In this document: positions 9,106 through 19,327 of the stretch, piece by piece
Layout: every line of letters starts with the position of its first letter
How positions within the stretch are numbered: position 1 is the first letter of the stretch
From: Armatimonadota bacterium
Lineage (GTDB): Bacteria; Sysuimicrobiota; Sysuimicrobiia; Sysuimicrobiales; Kaftiobacteriaceae
Direction of reading: 5' to 3'
Assembly (NCBI GenBank): GCA_037440005.1
Contig: JBBIUY010000038.1
Span: forward strand, 1-28,212
Length of the DNA: 28,212 bases
Made by a program: the position numbers and the translations under genes
The notes under the pieces: model-generated
The model's input: only the letters and a program-made list of their open reading frames with translations
What the model was told of the DNA's origin: nothing
Database searches by the model: none

Positions 9106-10284
9106 TCACCCGGCCGGGACGTCCCGGGGACCGGCGGGCACCGGATCCCCCCGGGCGTGCGCCCGGGCCCAGGCGTCGGCGGCCAGGATCTCGTCCACCG
9201 TGGGAGAGCTCACCGGGCGGTGGGCGTCCATGGTCCGGCGGACCACGGCCGGAATCTGGAGGAAGCCGATGCGCCCCTGCAGGAACAGGTCCACCGCCAC
9301 CTCGTTGCTGGCGTTGAGCACGGCCGGCATGGTGCCGCCCGCGGCCAGCGCCTCATAGGCATACCCCAGGCAAGGATACCGCGCCGGGTCTGGCCGTTCA
9401 AAGGTGAGGGTGAGCTGGGTCCAGTCCACCGCCGGCGCCGGCAGGGGCCGGCGCGCCCCGCCCCGCAGGGCGTAGGCGATGACCGGACGCATGTCCGGAG
9501 GCGCCAGCTGGGCCTTGACGCTGCCGTCCACAAACTCCACCAGGGAGTGGACCACGCTCTGGGGGTGGATGACCACCTCGATGCGCTCGGCGGGCACGCC
9601 GAACAGCCAGTGGGCCTCGATGACCTCCAGCCCTTTGTTCATCAGGGTGGCCGAGTCCACCGTGATCTTGGGGCCCATCTTCCAGGTGGGGTGGGCCAGG
9701 GCGTCCTCGGGCCGGGCCGCCGCCAGGGCGTGGGGGGACCAGCGCAGGAACGGGCCGCCCGAGGCGGTGAGCAGGATCCGGCGCACCGCCTGGGGGGATT
9801 CGCCGCGCAGGCACTGGGCGATGGCCACGTGCTCGCTGTCCACCGGCAGCACCTCCCGGCCCCGCGCCCGCGCCTCCTCCATGACCAGCGCGCCGGCCGC
9901 CACCAGGACCTCCTTGGTGGCCAGGGCCACGTCCCTCCCGCGCCGCAACGCCGCCAGGGTGGGCAGCAGGCCCGCCGCGCCCACCACCGCCACCAGGACC
10001 ACGTCGGCCTCGCCCCAGGCGGCCAGCTCCTGCAGGGCATGCGGACCGGCCAGGAGCTCCACTCCGGCGGGCAGGTGCACCCGCAGCCGCGCGGCGGCCT
10101 GAGGGTCGGTCACCGCCACGGCCTGCGGGCGGAACCGCCGGACCTGGTCTGCCAGCGCGGCCGCATCGCGGCGCGCGCCCAGACCCACCACCTCGAACTC
10201 CCCGGTCTGGGCGACCACGTCCAGGGCCTGGCGGCCGATGCTGCCCGTGCTGCCCAGGATGATCAGACGCCGCTGCGGGCTCAC
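9106..10284 (-). CDS. dxr: 1-deoxy-D-xylulose 5-phosphate reductoisomerase
   Basis: ILGSTGSIG, PVDSEH, TASGGPF, HPTWKMGPKITVDSATLMNKGLEVIEA. GTG overlaps the cdsA stop. Confidence 0.96.
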   Translation of the reverse strand: MSPQRRLIILGSTGSIGRQALDVVAQTGEFEVVGLGARRDAAALADQVRRFRPQAVAVTDPQAAARLRVHLPAGVELLAGPHALQELAAWGEADVVLVAVVGAAGLLPTLAALRRGRDVALATKEVLVAAGALVMEEARARGREVLPVDSEHVAIAQCLRGESPQAVRRILLTASGGPFLRWSPHALAAARPEDALAHPTWKMGPKITVDSATLMNKGLEVIEAHWLFGVPAERIEVVIHPQSVVHSLVEFVDGSVKAQLAPPDMRPVIAYALRGGARRPLPAPAVDWTQLTLTFERPDPARYPCLGYAYEALAAGGTMPAVLNASNEVAVDLFLQGRIGFLQIPAVVRRTMDAHRPVSSPTVDEILAADAWARAHARGDPVPAGPRDVPAG

Positions 10285-11138
10285 CGCGGAGTCCACCGCC
10301 CCAGGGCGGCGGCCAGCACGTAGCCGACCGGCGCGGCCGTCAGCACGCCGTCGAACCTGTCCAGCACCCCGCCGTGTCCGGGCAGCAGCGACCCGGAGTC
10401 TTTGACCCCGGCCGCCCGCTTCATGGCCGACTCCAGCAGGTCGCCGGCCTGGGCGCAGATGCTGACGACGCCGCCAAAGAGCGCTCCGCCGCCGGGATGC
10501 ACGCCCAGGGCCGACGCGCCCGCCGCCCCCGCCGCGACGCCCGCCGCCAGGGCGGCCAGCGCTCCCTCCCAGCTCTTGCCCGGGCTGATGCGGGGGGCCA
10601 GCCGGTGCCGCCCGGCGACGACCCCGACGGCGTAGGCCGCCACGTCCACCGCCCACACCACCACGACGAAGGCCAGGACCTCGCCCGCCTGCGCCTCCGC
10701 CCGCCAGCGGGCCAGCAGGCCCAACGGGACGCCCAGGTACGCCGGAGCCACCAGCGCGGGCAGGACCAGCCTGCGGGCAAAGATGCACCCGGAGGCGCTC
10801 CGCGCGCCGACGAACGCCCGGGCTGCGGCCGCCACCCCCAGCGCCCACCCGGCCAGCAGCGCGCCGACCCAGGGCGCGGGTGCGCGGGCGGCCAGGGTAA
10901 ACGCGGCGGCCACGGCCGCCAGGGAGACGCCTGCGACCAGAGCCGGGCGGGCCGGAGCTCCTGCCGGGCGCAGGCGGGACAGCTCCGCCCATCCCAGGAC
11001 GGTCACGGCCGCCAGGAGCGCCGTCCACCACGCGCCCCCGGCCCACAGGGCCGCCACCATCAGGGGAATGCCCGCCGCAGCCGTCGCGGCGCGCCGGCCC
11101 AGGTCGGCCCGGGCGAGCCGGCCGCGGACGTCATCCAC
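10281..11138 (-). CDS. cdsA: Phosphatidate cytidylyltransferase
   Basis: ISPGKSWEG, GDLLESAMKRAAGVKDSGSLLPGHGGVLDRFD. Confidence 0.95.
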   Translation of the reverse strand: MDDVRGRLARADLGRRAATAAAGIPLMVAALWAGGAWWTALLAAVTVLGWAELSRLRPAGAPARPALVAGVSLAAVAAAFTLAARAPAPWVGALLAGWALGVAAAARAFVGARSASGCIFARRLVLPALVAPAYLGVPLGLLARWRAEAQAGEVLAFVVVVWAVDVAAYAVGVVAGRHRLAPRISPGKSWEGALAALAAGVAAGAAGASALGVHPGGGALFGGVVSICAQAGDLLESAMKRAAGVKDSGSLLPGHGGVLDRFDGVLTAAPVGYVLAAALGRWTPR

Positions 11139-11892
11139 CGGCGGGGTCCTCCACGCCGCCGAAGCGCCGGCGGCGCTGCTGGTAGTCGGCGATGGCCGCC
11201 TCCAGGTGAGACCGGGTGAAGTCGGGCCAGTAGACGTCGCAGAAGTACAGCTCGGTGTAGGCGATCTGCCACAGCAGGAAGTTGCTGACCCGCTGCTCCC
11301 CGCCGGTGCGGATCAGCAGGTCGGGATCCGGCAGGCCGGCCGTGTACAGGTAGCGGTCCACCAGGGCTTCGTCGATGGCGTCCGGGCGGAGAGCGCCCCG
11401 GGCCACGTCGGCGGCCAGGCGGCGCAGGGCGGCCACGATCTCCGCCCGCCCGCCGTAGTTGTAGGCCACGTTGAGGACCAGGTCGTGGTTGTCCCGGGTG
11501 AGGCGCACCACCTGCGCGATCTGCTCCCGCAGATCCGGATCCAGCGACTGCAGGTCGCCGCTCACCCGCAGCTGCACGCCGGCCCGCACCAGGTCCGACG
11601 CCTCCTCCCGCACCGCCTCGGCCAGCAGCGCCATCAGCGCCGTCACCTCGTCGGCCGGGCGTCGCCAGTTCTCGGTGGAGAACGCGTACAGGGTCAGCAC
11701 CCGCACCCCCAGGTCCCGGCAGGCGTCCACGGTGCGGCGCGCCGCCTCCACGCCGGCCCGGTGGCCGGCGGCCCGGGGCAGGCCCCGGGAGGCGGCCCAC
11801 CGGCCGTTGCCGTCCATGATGATGGCCACGTGGGCCGGGATGCGGGTGCGGTCCAGGGTCGCACCGGACACGCGGAGATCCGGGCTGCTCAC
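11131..11892 (-). CDS. uppS: Undecaprenyl diphosphate synthase (cis-prenyltransferase)
   Basis: HVAIIMDGNGRWA, YAFSTENW, DLLIRTGGEQRVSNFLLWQ. GTG overlaps the upstream stop. Confidence 0.95.
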   Translation of the reverse strand: MSSPDLRVSGATLDRTRIPAHVAIIMDGNGRWAASRGLPRAAGHRAGVEAARRTVDACRDLGVRVLTLYAFSTENWRRPADEVTALMALLAEAVREEASDLVRAGVQLRVSGDLQSLDPDLREQIAQVVRLTRDNHDLVLNVAYNYGGRAEIVAALRRLAADVARGALRPDAIDEALVDRYLYTAGLPDPDLLIRTGGEQRVSNFLLWQIAYTELYFCDVYWPDFTRSHLEAAIADYQQRRRRFGGVEDPAGG

Positions 11893-12143
11893 CGGTCGGT
11901 CGACGCGGCGATCCGCTCGGGGGTCACCACCAGCTCTACGGCGCCGGCGGGGTCCCGGCGGACCCGGATGACCCGCAGGGGGCCCTCCAGGGCCACCGGG
12001 AACGGAGGCCGGGTCTCCCGCACCGACCGCACCGCCACGCCGGCGGCGGCCAGGCGGGCCCGCGCCTGCTCCAGCTCCAGACCCACCACGTCGGCGGGGT
12101 CGGGGCGGTCCGGACCGGGCGGGGGGAACGCCGGGGCGGTCAC
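11889..12143 (-). CDS. Small PASTA-like domain protein (84 aa)
   Basis: P-A-DVVGLELEQARARLAAAG...V.LVV resembles a PASTA repeat; it fills the frr-uppS gap with GTGA overlaps at both ends. Confidence 0.7.
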   Translation of the reverse strand: MTAPAFPPPGPDRPDPADVVGLELEQARARLAAAGVAVRSVRETRPPFPVALEGPLRVIRVRRDPAGAVELVVTPERIAASTDR

Positions 12144-12697
12144 AGCTCCATGATCTCCTTGTCTTTGGCCTGGACCAGCGCGTCGATCTCGCCGATGAAC
12201 CGGTCGGTGAGCTTCTGCAGCTCGTCCAGCGCCCGCCGGGCGTCGTCTTCGGAGATCTCGCCGTCATCCTCCAGGCGCTCGATCATCTCCTTGGCCTCCC
12301 GGCGCACGTTGCGGATGGCCACGCGCCCCTCCTCGGCGTGCTTGTGGGCGACCTTCACCAGCTCCCGGCGCCGCTCCTCGGTCAGCGGCGGGATGGGCAC
12401 GCGCACGTGCACGCCGTCACTGCTGGGCACCAGGCCCAGGTCGCTCTTGAGGATGGCCTTCTCCACCTCTTTGACGAACTTACGGTCCCAGGGCTGGATC
12501 ACCAGCAGCCGCGGTTCCGGCACCGTCACCGTGGCCATCTGGGTGATGGGGGTGGGGACCCCGTAGTAGTCGACGCGGATCTGCTCCAGCAGCGCGGGGC
12601 TGGCCCGGCCGGTCCGCAGGGCCGCCAGCTCGTGGCGGGTGGCCTCCACCGCCTTCTGCATCCGGGTCCGGGCGTCGGCCAGCACGTCCGGGATCAC
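12140..12697 (-). CDS. frr: Ribosome recycling factor
   Basis: [30 protein letters not shown]; 185 aa. Confidence 0.97.
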   Translation of the reverse strand: MIPDVLADARTRMQKAVEATRHELAALRTGRASPALLEQIRVDYYGVPTPITQMATVTVPEPRLLVIQPWDRKFVKEVEKAILKSDLGLVPSSDGVHVRVPIPPLTEERRRELVKVAHKHAEEGRVAIRNVRREAKEMIERLEDDGEISEDDARRALDELQKLTDRFIGEIDALVQAKDKEIMEL

Positions 12698-13464
12698 CGC
12701 CGCGATCCCCCTCCCTGGGTCACCAGCGTGCCCACGTCCTCCCCCAGCACGGCCCGGCGCACGTTGCCGGGCCGGGCCACGTCGAAGACGATGATGTCCA
12801 TGTTGTTGTCCTTGCACAGCGCCACGGCGGTGGCGTCCATCACCTTCAGGTCCCGGTTCAGCACGTCCATGTACTCCAGCCGCCGGAACAGGACCGCGTC
12901 GGGGTGGAGGTGGGGGTCTTTGTCGTAGACGCCGGCCACGCCCTTCTTGGCCATCAGCACCGCGTCGGCCTCGATCTCGATGGCCCGCAGGGCGGCCGCC
13001 GTGTCGGTGGTGAAGTACGGGCTGCCGGTGCCGCCGGCGAAGATCACCACCCGGCCCTTTTCCAGGTGGCGGATGGCGCGGCGGCGGATGTAGGGCTCGG
13101 CGATCTGGTGCATCTCCAGGGCGGTCTGCACCCGGGTCACCAGCCCTTCTTTCTCCATAATATCCTGGAGGGCCAGGGCGTTGATGACCGTGGCCAGCAT
13201 GCCCATGTAGTGGGCGGTGACCTGGTCGACCCCCAGGCGGGCCGAGAGGTCCGCCCCGCGCACCAGATTGCCCCCGCCCACCACGATGGCCACCTGCACG
13301 CCGTGGGCGGTGACGTCTTTGACCTCGTGGGCCACCAGCCGCAGCACCGCGGGGTCCAGCCCCGTGCGGCCCTCGCCCGCCAGGGCCTCTCCGCTGAGCT
13401 TGAGCAGGATCCGCCGGTACTTGGGAGAGGGGACGGAGGTCATGGACACTGCGCGGGGCGTCAC
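12694..13464 (-). CDS. pyrH: UMP kinase
   Basis: [27 protein letters not shown]. Start is GTG 13464 or ATG 13443. Confidence 0.96.
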   Translation of the reverse strand: MTPRAVSMTSVPSPKYRRILLKLSGEALAGEGRTGLDPAVLRLVAHEVKDVTAHGVQVAIVVGGGNLVRGADLSARLGVDQVTAHYMGMLATVINALALQDIMEKEGLVTRVQTALEMHQIAEPYIRRRAIRHLEKGRVVIFAGGTGSPYFTTDTAAALRAIEIEADAVLMAKKGVAGVYDKDPHLHPDAVLFRRLEYMDVLNRDLKVMDATAVALCKDNNMDIIVFDVARPGNVRRAVLGEDVGTLVTQGGGSRR

Positions 13465-14054
13465 TCCCCGACCCGGAATCGGGCGAACCGCCGGACCCGG
13501 ATGTTCTCGCCCAGCCGGGCGACGGCCTCGGCGATCACGTCCCGCACCCGCCGGGCCTCATCCCGGATGAACGGCTGCTCCAGGAGGACCACCTCCTGGA
13601 ACCACTTCTCCAGGCGCCCGTCCACGGCCGCGGCCGGCTTGCCGGCCAGCTCGGCGGCGAACTGCCGGCGCTGGGCTTCCACCGCCTCGGCAGGGACGTC
13701 CTCCCGGCTCACGTACAGGGGGGCCGCCGCGGTGACCTGCATGGCCAGGTCCCGGACCAGCCGGCGGAACTCGTCGGTGCGGGCCACGAAGTCGGTCTCG
13801 CAGTTGACCTCCACCAGAGCCCCCACGCGGCCGCCGGTGTGGATGTAGGCGTCCACGATCCCCTCGGTGGCCGTCCGGCCGGCCTTGCGGGCCGCCGTGG
13901 CCGCGCCCTGGGCCCGCAGGATCTCCGTCGCCCGGTCCAGGTCCCCCCCAGCCTCCCGCAGCGCCGCCCGGCAGTCCATCACGCCGGCACCGGTCCGGGC
14001 CCGCAGCTCCTTGATGAGTTCCACACCCACGTCCGCCGACACCTTCGGGTCCAC
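13461..14054 (-). CDS. tsf: Translation elongation factor Ts (short form, about 197 aa)
   Basis: [40 protein letters not shown] overlaps the rpsB TAG. Confidence 0.96.
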   Translation of the reverse strand: MDPKVSADVGVELIKELRARTGAGVMDCRAALREAGGDLDRATEILRAQGAATAARKAGRTATEGIVDAYIHTGGRVGALVEVNCETDFVARTDEFRRLVRDLAMQVTAAAPLYVSREDVPAEAVEAQRRQFAAELAGKPAAAVDGRLEKWFQEVVLLEQPFIRDEARRVRDVIAEAVARLGENIRVRRFARFRVGE

Positions 14055-14899
14055 TACCGCTCCTCCTCCACCAGCTCTTCCACCGGGACCAGCTCGGGCA
14101 GGCCGCCCTCGGCCAGGGCCTCCTCGGGCACCTCGGCGGGCACCGCTTCTTCCTCCGCCGCCATCTCGGCGGCGGCCTCCGCGGCGGGCGCTTCCTCCAC
14201 CACCTCGCGCTTGCGCCGCTCCTCCAGGCCTTCCAGGGCGGCGTTGGCGATGCGGCTGGTGATCAGCCGCACGGCCCGGATGGCGTCGTCGTTGCCCGGG
14301 ATGGGGTAGTCCACCTCGTCGGGATCGCAGTTGGTGTCCACGATGGCCACCACGGGGATGCCCAGCTTGCGGGCCTCGGCCACGGCGATGTGCTCCTTGC
14401 GGGTGTCCACCACGTACACCGCCCCGGGGAGGGTGGTCAGGGACTTGATCCCGCCCAGGTACTTCTCCAGCCGGGCCAGCTCCTCCAGCAGGCGGGCCTG
14501 CTCCCGCTTGGGCAGCACGTCCAGGTGGCCGCGGTCCCGCATGTCCTCGATCTCCCGCAGCCGTTCCACCCGCCGGCGGATGGTCTGGAAGTTGGTGAGC
14601 ATCCCGCCCAGCCACCGCACGGCCACGTAGGGCTGCTGGGCCCGGGTGGCTTCCTCCCGGATGGCGTCCTGGGCCTGCTTTTTGGTCCCCACGAACAGGC
14701 ACGTCCCGCCGGCGGCCACGACCTCCCGCACGAACTGGTAGGCCTGCTCGATCATGGGGACGGTCTTCTGCAGGTCGATGATGTGGATGCCGTTGCGCTC
14801 GGTGAAGATGTAGCGGGCCATCTTGGGGTTCCACCGGCGGGTCTGGTGCCCGAAGTGGACCCCGGCTTCCAGCAGCTGCTTCATGGTGACGACCGGCAC
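14054..14899 (-). CDS. rpsB: 30S ribosomal protein S2
   Basis: [47 protein letters not shown] before GTG 14899. Confidence 0.98.
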   Translation of the reverse strand: MPVVTMKQLLEAGVHFGHQTRRWNPKMARYIFTERNGIHIIDLQKTVPMIEQAYQFVREVVAAGGTCLFVGTKKQAQDAIREEATRAQQPYVAVRWLGGMLTNFQTIRRRVERLREIEDMRDRGHLDVLPKREQARLLEELARLEKYLGGIKSLTTLPGAVYVVDTRKEHIAVAEARKLGIPVVAIVDTNCDPDEVDYPIPGNDDAIRAVRLITSRIANAALEGLEERRKREVVEEAPAAEAAAEMAAEEEAVPAEVPEEALAEGGLPELVPVEELVEEER

Positions 14900-14915
14900 C
14901 GCGTCTCCTCCTTCC

Positions 14916-14992
14916 CGGTTACCGTCCTCCGCCCCCGTCATCCCCCGCCGGACCCCACTGGGACCGCCGGCGGGATCGGAGGGCGTGCGTAC
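14916..14992 (-). ncRNA. rpsB (S2) autoregulatory leader RNA
   Basis: ACGCAC-GCCCUC...AUCCC-GCCGG-CGGU-CCCAGUGGG-GU-CCGGC...GGGAU-GAC-GGGGGC-GGAGG...UAACC. This is a nested stem with a GGU internal loop, a downstream GGAGG and an ACC pseudoknot partner, as in the E. coli rpsB leader. Confidence 0.75.
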
Positions 14993-15063
14993 TGGGTCCG
15001 CCACAGACAACCTCGCCCCGGCGTCAGCCCGGGGCGACGACCTGACCGCGGCGAACCCGCCGT

Positions 15064-15072
15064 AGTATAGCA
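15064..15072 (-). promoter_or_regulatory. Extended -10 promoter of the rpsB-tsf operon
   Basis: TGcTATACT; weak -35 CTGACG 18 nt upstream. Confidence 0.65.
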
Positions 15073-15089
15073 CACCCCGCCGGGCGGCG

Positions 15090-16037
15090 TCAGGCCCGTG
15101 GGTGGGCCCGGTCGTACACGCGCTTGAGCCAGTCCCGGGAGACGTGGGTGTAGATCTGGGTCGTGCGCAGGGAGACGTGGCCCAGCAGGTCCTGGACCGT
15201 CCGCAGGTCGGCGCCCCCGTCCAGCAGGTGGGTGGCGAAGGTGTGGCGGAGCACGTGGGGACTGACCCGGCGGGCCAGGGCCGCCTGACGGATCGCCCGC
15301 TGGACGATCAGCCGCACCCCGCGGTCGGTGAGGGGGCCGCCGCGGGCGTTCACGAAGACCGCGTCGGTGCGGCGGGGGCCCACCAGCTGCGGGCGGGCCC
15401 GGGTCAGGTACCGGTCCAGGGCCTCCTGGGCGGCCGCGGTGAGCAGGACGATGCGCTCCCGGCGCCCCTTGCCCAGCACCCGGATCTCGCCCTCCCACTG
15501 GAGGTCCGCCACGCGCAGCCCCACCAGTTCCCCGACCCGCATCCCGGTGGCGTACAGCACCTCCAGCAGGGCGCGGTCCCGCAGCCCCAGGGGAGTGGCC
15601 ACATCGGGCGCGGCCAGCACCGCCTGCACCTCCTCAGGTGTCAGGAACTGGGGCAACCGCCGCATCCGGCGGGGCGGACCCACCAGGGCCAGGGGATTGC
15701 GGGTGAGGACTCCCTCGCGGTAGAGAAAGCGAAAGAACCCCCGCAGGGCCGACAGCTGCCGGGCGATGGAGGCCCGGGAGTAGCGGCGGTCCAGCTCCAC
15801 CACGTACCGGCGGGCCACGGCGGGGGTCACCTGGTCCCACCGGGTCAGCCCCTGCCGGCGGAGGAACGCCACAAACCCCCGCAGGTCCCGGGCGTAGGCG
15901 AGCAGGGTGTGCCCGGAGGCGTTGCGCTCGCCCTCCAGCGTCCGCAGGTACGCGGCCACCTCCGGGAGCGGATCCTCCCGTCCGGGCCCGGCGGGGTGGC
16001 CCGGCGGGACCCCGGGGATGGCGCGCGGCGGACTCAC
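15090..16037 (-). CDS. xerC: Chromosomal tyrosine recombinase XerC/XerD type
   Basis: [31 protein letters not shown]...TTQIYTH; topA-xerC-rpsB context. Confidence 0.9.
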   Translation of the reverse strand: MSPPRAIPGVPPGHPAGPGREDPLPEVAAYLRTLEGERNASGHTLLAYARDLRGFVAFLRRQGLTRWDQVTPAVARRYVVELDRRYSRASIARQLSALRGFFRFLYREGVLTRNPLALVGPPRRMRRLPQFLTPEEVQAVLAAPDVATPLGLRDRALLEVLYATGMRVGELVGLRVADLQWEGEIRVLGKGRRERIVLLTAAAQEALDRYLTRARPQLVGPRRTDAVFVNARGGPLTDRGVRLIVQRAIRQAALARRVSPHVLRHTFATHLLDGGADLRTVQDLLGHVSLRTTQIYTHVSRDWLKRVYDRAHPRA

Positions 16038-18292
16038 GGCGCCGGCCGCTCCGCTCCCGCGGGCGCCGCCTCCTCGGCGGCCGGCGGCGGGACGGGTTCG
16101 GTGTACCCGCACGCGCGGTCCAGACAGCGCAGCTCGACGCGCCGGGCGGTCTGGCGGAGGACCAGCGGCTGCGCCCCGCACCGCGGGCACGTCCGGTCGG
16201 TGGGCCGGTCCCAGCTGGTGAAGGTGCAGGCCGGGTAGGTGCTGCACCCGTAGAAGGTCCGCCCCCGCCGCGACCGCCGCTCCACGATGTCCCCGACCTT
16301 GCAGCGGGGGCAGGAAACGCCGATGCCCAGGGACCGGGTGTAGGTGCACTCCGGGAACCCCGAACACGCGATGAACTCGCCGAACCGGCCGTGCTTGCGG
16401 ACCAGGGGGCGGCCGCAGGAGGGGCACGCCTCGCCGATCTCCACCACCGACGTCTCCACCGGGGCGATCTTCTGCTCGGCCGCCAGCAGGTCGTGCTGGA
16501 AGGGCGTCCAGAAGTCGCTGACCACCTTGCGCCAGTCCAGCCGCCCCTCCTCCACCTGGTCCAGCTCCTCCTCCAGGGCGGCGGTGAAGTCGTAGTCCAT
16601 CACGTCGGCGAAGTGCTCCACCAGCAGGTCGTTGACCAGCCGGCCCAGGGGTGTGGGGTGCAGCCGCCGGTTGACCGAGCGGACGTACCCGCGGCGCTTG
16701 ATGGTCTCGATGGTGGGCGCATAGGTGCTGGGCCGCCCGATGCCACGCTCCTCCAGCGCCCGCACCAGGGACGCCTCGGTGTACCGGGGCGGGGGCTGGG
16801 TGAAGTGCTGCTGGGGCTCCAGGCGCTCCAGGCCCAGCACGTCGCCGGGGGCGAGGTCGGGCAGCCAGCCCTCGGCGCCGTCGTCAGCCGCGTCGTCCCG
16901 GTACACGGCGAGGAAGCCCGGGAACTTCACCCGGGACCCTGTGGCCCGGAACCGGTAGGCGCCGGCGGCGATGTCCACCGCCAGGGTGTCCAGGACCGCC
17001 GAGGCCATCTGGCTGGCCACGAAGCGTTCCCAGATCAGCCGGTACAGCCGGTACTGGTCGGGGCGCAGGTAGGGACGGACCCGGTCGGGCGTGCGGTGCA
17101 CCGAGGTGGGACGGATGGCCTCGTGGGCTTCCTGGGCGGTCCGGCGCGACCGGTACGTCCGGGGGGCGTCGGGGACGTAGGCGGCGCCGTAGGTGGCGGC
17201 GATGAACTCCCGGGCTTCCCGCTGGGCCGCCTCGGCCACCCGCACCGAGTCGGTGCGCATGTAGGTGATCAGGCCCACGGTGCCCTCGGGGCCCAGGTCC
17301 ACCCCTTCGTACAGCTGCTGGGCCAGGCTCATGGTGCGGGCCGCCGTGTAGCCCAACCGCCGGTTGGCCTCCTGCTGCAGGGTGCTGGTGGTGAACGGCG
17401 GGGAGGGGTGGCGGAACTGGTCGCGGCGGCGGACGTCGGTCACCACCCAGCGGACGCTGGCCAGATCGGCCAGGACGGCGTCCACCTCCTGCCGGGTGCG
17501 CAGGACCTCCACGCCCTCCTCGGCGGGAGTGCCGTAGCGCACGCCGTCGCGGCCCACCAGGCGGGCGGCAAACGCCCCGCCGGGGGCGCGCAGGTGGGCC
17601 AGCAGGGTCCAGTACTCCTGGGGGACAAACGCCTCGATCTCCTTCTCCCGGTCCACCACCAGCCGCACCGCCACCGACTGCACCCGGCCGGCGGACAGGC
17701 CGCCCCGCACCTTGCGCCACAGCAGCGGGCTGAGCTTGTAACCCACCAGCCGGTCCAGGATCCGACGGGCCTGCTGGGCGTGGACCAGGTTGAGGTCGAT
17801 GTCCCGAGGGTGGGCCAGGGCGCGCTCCACGGCGTCCTTGGTCACCTCGTGGAACTCGATGCGCCTGATGGTGGGGTTGACGGGGCGCAGGGCGTCGCTG
17901 ATGTGCCAAGAGATGGCCTCCCCCTCCCGGTCGGGGTCGGTGGCCATGTAGACGGCGCTGGCCCGCCGGGCGGCCTCCTTGAGCTCCCTGAGGATGGCCG
18001 CCTTGCCCTTGATGACCACGTAGCGGGGGGCGAAGCCGTTGTCCACGTCCACCCCCAGCCGGCTGCGCGGCAGGTCCTTGACGTGCCCCATGGAGGCCAC
18101 GACCTCGTAGCGGCGGTCCAGCAGCTTCTTCAGCGTCCGCGCCTTGGTGGGAGACTCCACCACCACCAGGGCGCGCCGCCGACCGGATCGGCGCCGGCCC
18201 GCAGGCGCGGACGTCGCCTGCTCGGGCGTCGCCTCCGCCCGGGAAGCGGGGTCAGGGGAACGAGGTATCATCGGTCGGCTCGGCGGGCCCAT
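16034..18292 (-). CDS. topA: DNA topoisomerase I with C-terminal zinc ribbons
   Basis: VVESPTKA, ATDPDREGEAI, SAGRVQS, ITYMRTDS (catalytic Tyr), three Cys4 ribbons. Start uncertain (18292 or 18271). Confidence 0.97.
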   Translation of the reverse strand: MGPPSRPMIPRSPDPASRAEATPEQATSAPAGRRRSGRRRALVVVESPTKARTLKKLLDRRYEVVASMGHVKDLPRSRLGVDVDNGFAPRYVVIKGKAAILRELKEAARRASAVYMATDPDREGEAISWHISDALRPVNPTIRRIEFHEVTKDAVERALAHPRDIDLNLVHAQQARRILDRLVGYKLSPLLWRKVRGGLSAGRVQSVAVRLVVDREKEIEAFVPQEYWTLLAHLRAPGGAFAARLVGRDGVRYGTPAEEGVEVLRTRQEVDAVLADLASVRWVVTDVRRRDQFRHPSPPFTTSTLQQEANRRLGYTAARTMSLAQQLYEGVDLGPEGTVGLITYMRTDSVRVAEAAQREAREFIAATYGAAYVPDAPRTYRSRRTAQEAHEAIRPTSVHRTPDRVRPYLRPDQYRLYRLIWERFVASQMASAVLDTLAVDIAAGAYRFRATGSRVKFPGFLAVYRDDAADDGAEGWLPDLAPGDVLGLERLEPQQHFTQPPPRYTEASLVRALEERGIGRPSTYAPTIETIKRRGYVRSVNRRLHPTPLGRLVNDLLVEHFADVMDYDFTAALEEELDQVEEGRLDWRKVVSDFWTPFQHDLLAAEQKIAPVETSVVEIGEACPSCGRPLVRKHGRFGEFIACSGFPECTYTRSLGIGVSCPRCKVGDIVERRSRRGRTFYGCSTYPACTFTSWDRPTDRTCPRCGAQPLVLRQTARRVELRCLDRACGYTEPVPPPAAEEAAPAGAERPAP

Positions 18293-18306
18293 CCTGCCCG
18301 CATCGA

Positions 18307-18332
18307 ACAGCCGGCGCTCCCGCGCCGGCTGT
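18307..18332. repeat. Perfect 11-bp inverted repeat / hairpin in the topA 5' region
   Basis: ACAGCCGGCGC-TCCC-GCGCCGGCTGT; on the minus strand the loop is GGGA (GNRA tetraloop). Confidence 0.8.
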
Positions 18333-18345
18333 CAATCTCGCCTCT

Positions 18346-18354
18346 ACCTTACCA
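18346..18354 (-). promoter_or_regulatory. Putative extended -10 for topA
   Basis: TGgTAAGGT on the minus strand upstream of the hairpin. Confidence 0.4.
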
Positions 18355-18411
18355 CAGGCCGTCAAGGCCGCCGGATCCGGCCCGCGCCGGATGGGCGTCG
18401 GACCGCCCGGG

Positions 18412-18420
18412 TGGTACAGT
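18412..18420 (+). promoter_or_regulatory. Putative extended -10 for the pspC-like gene
   Basis: TGgTACAGT, 42 nt before ATG 18463. Confidence 0.45.
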
Positions 18421-18462
18421 CGGATGCGGGCCGCGCGACGCGGCCGGGAGGAGGCGGACGGG

Positions 18463-18801
18463 ATGGCGCGACGGCTGACCCGCAGCACCCGCCACAGGAT
18501 CCTGCTGGGCGTCGCCGGAGGGATCGCCGAGTCCCTGGGCGTGGATCCGGCGGTGATCCGCGCGCTGGTCCTGCTGCTGGCGTTTGCCAGCGGGATCGGC
18601 GTCCTGGCCTACGCCGCGCTGGCGCTGCTGCTGCCGCGCGCGGAGTCCGGATCCGGCGACATCCTCGCGGTGCTGACCGACAACCTCCGCGCCGCGCCCG
18701 CCGACGTGGCGGGGGCCGGCCGGCGCGCGCTGGCCATCCTGCGCGGGGAGCCCCCGCCCCCGCAGGGCCCGCCCCCGCAGGAACAGACCCCGGACCGGTA
18801 G
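18463..18801 (+). CDS. PspC domain-containing protein
   Basis: RRLTRSTRHRILLGVAGGIAESLGVDPAVIR...AY..L.LLLP; SD GGAGG. Confidence 0.88.
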   Translation: MARRLTRSTRHRILLGVAGGIAESLGVDPAVIRALVLLLAFASGIGVLAYAALALLLPRAESGSGDILAVLTDNLRAAPADVAGAGRRALAILRGEPPPPQGPPPQEQTPDR

Positions 18802-18835
18802 CCGGCCGGGCGGACGCCTGCCGCCGGGATCCGTC

Positions 18836-19273
18836 CTACAACCTCAGGCCCCAGGCGGCGTCCAGGGAGTAGGCGCCTCCGCCCAGCAGCATCAGGGCCA
18901 GCGCCCCGGCCAGCAGGACAAAGTCGAACTCCCACCCGGTGGTGTCCATGGCCATGAACCGCACGCCCCGGCCGGCCTTGGCCTTGATGATGGCCACCAG
19001 CATGTCGATGGCGAACAGCAGCCCCAGCCACCGGGTGGCCAGGCCCAGGATCAACGCGATCCCGCCCCAGAACTCCAACACCGCCACCACCCAGGCGAAA
19101 AACAGCGGCGCCGGAATCCCCATCATCCCCAAAAACTTGGCGAAGCCGGCCGCTCCCCCGATGGGCGGCACCCGGAAGAACTTGGGATATCCGTGATAGA
19201 TGAAGACCACCCCCAGGGCCACCCGCAGGGCTAGCAGCCCCCAGCTGCCCGCCTGACCGAACAGCGCCTCCAT
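18836..19273 (-). CDS. DoxX family membrane protein
   Basis: LRVALGVVFIYHGYPK, EFWGGIALILGLATR, GWEF, GGGAYSLD. Confidence 0.93.
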   Translation of the reverse strand: MEALFGQAGSWGLLALRVALGVVFIYHGYPKFFRVPPIGGAAGFAKFLGMMGIPAPLFFAWVVAVLEFWGGIALILGLATRWLGLLFAIDMLVAIIKAKAGRGVRFMAMDTTGWEFDFVLLAGALALMLLGGGAYSLDAAWGLRL

Positions 19274-19327
19274 CGATCTCCCCCCTTGTGGTGGCCACGC
19301 CGCGACGGCGTGTCCGTGATAGCGGGC

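Noticed and set aside
13461..14054. Short EF-Ts as a truncation
   Set aside because: The roughly 200-aa form is normal in Thermus, cyanobacteria and many Firmicutes; both terminal motifs are present.
15090..16037. Tyrosine recombinase as a phage or island integrase
   Set aside because: XerC/D-type motifs, housekeeping context, and no att repeats, tRNA or cargo genes.
18802..18835. Bidirectional terminator between pspC-like and doxX
   Set aside because: Only an imperfect GC stem with no U-tract on either strand.
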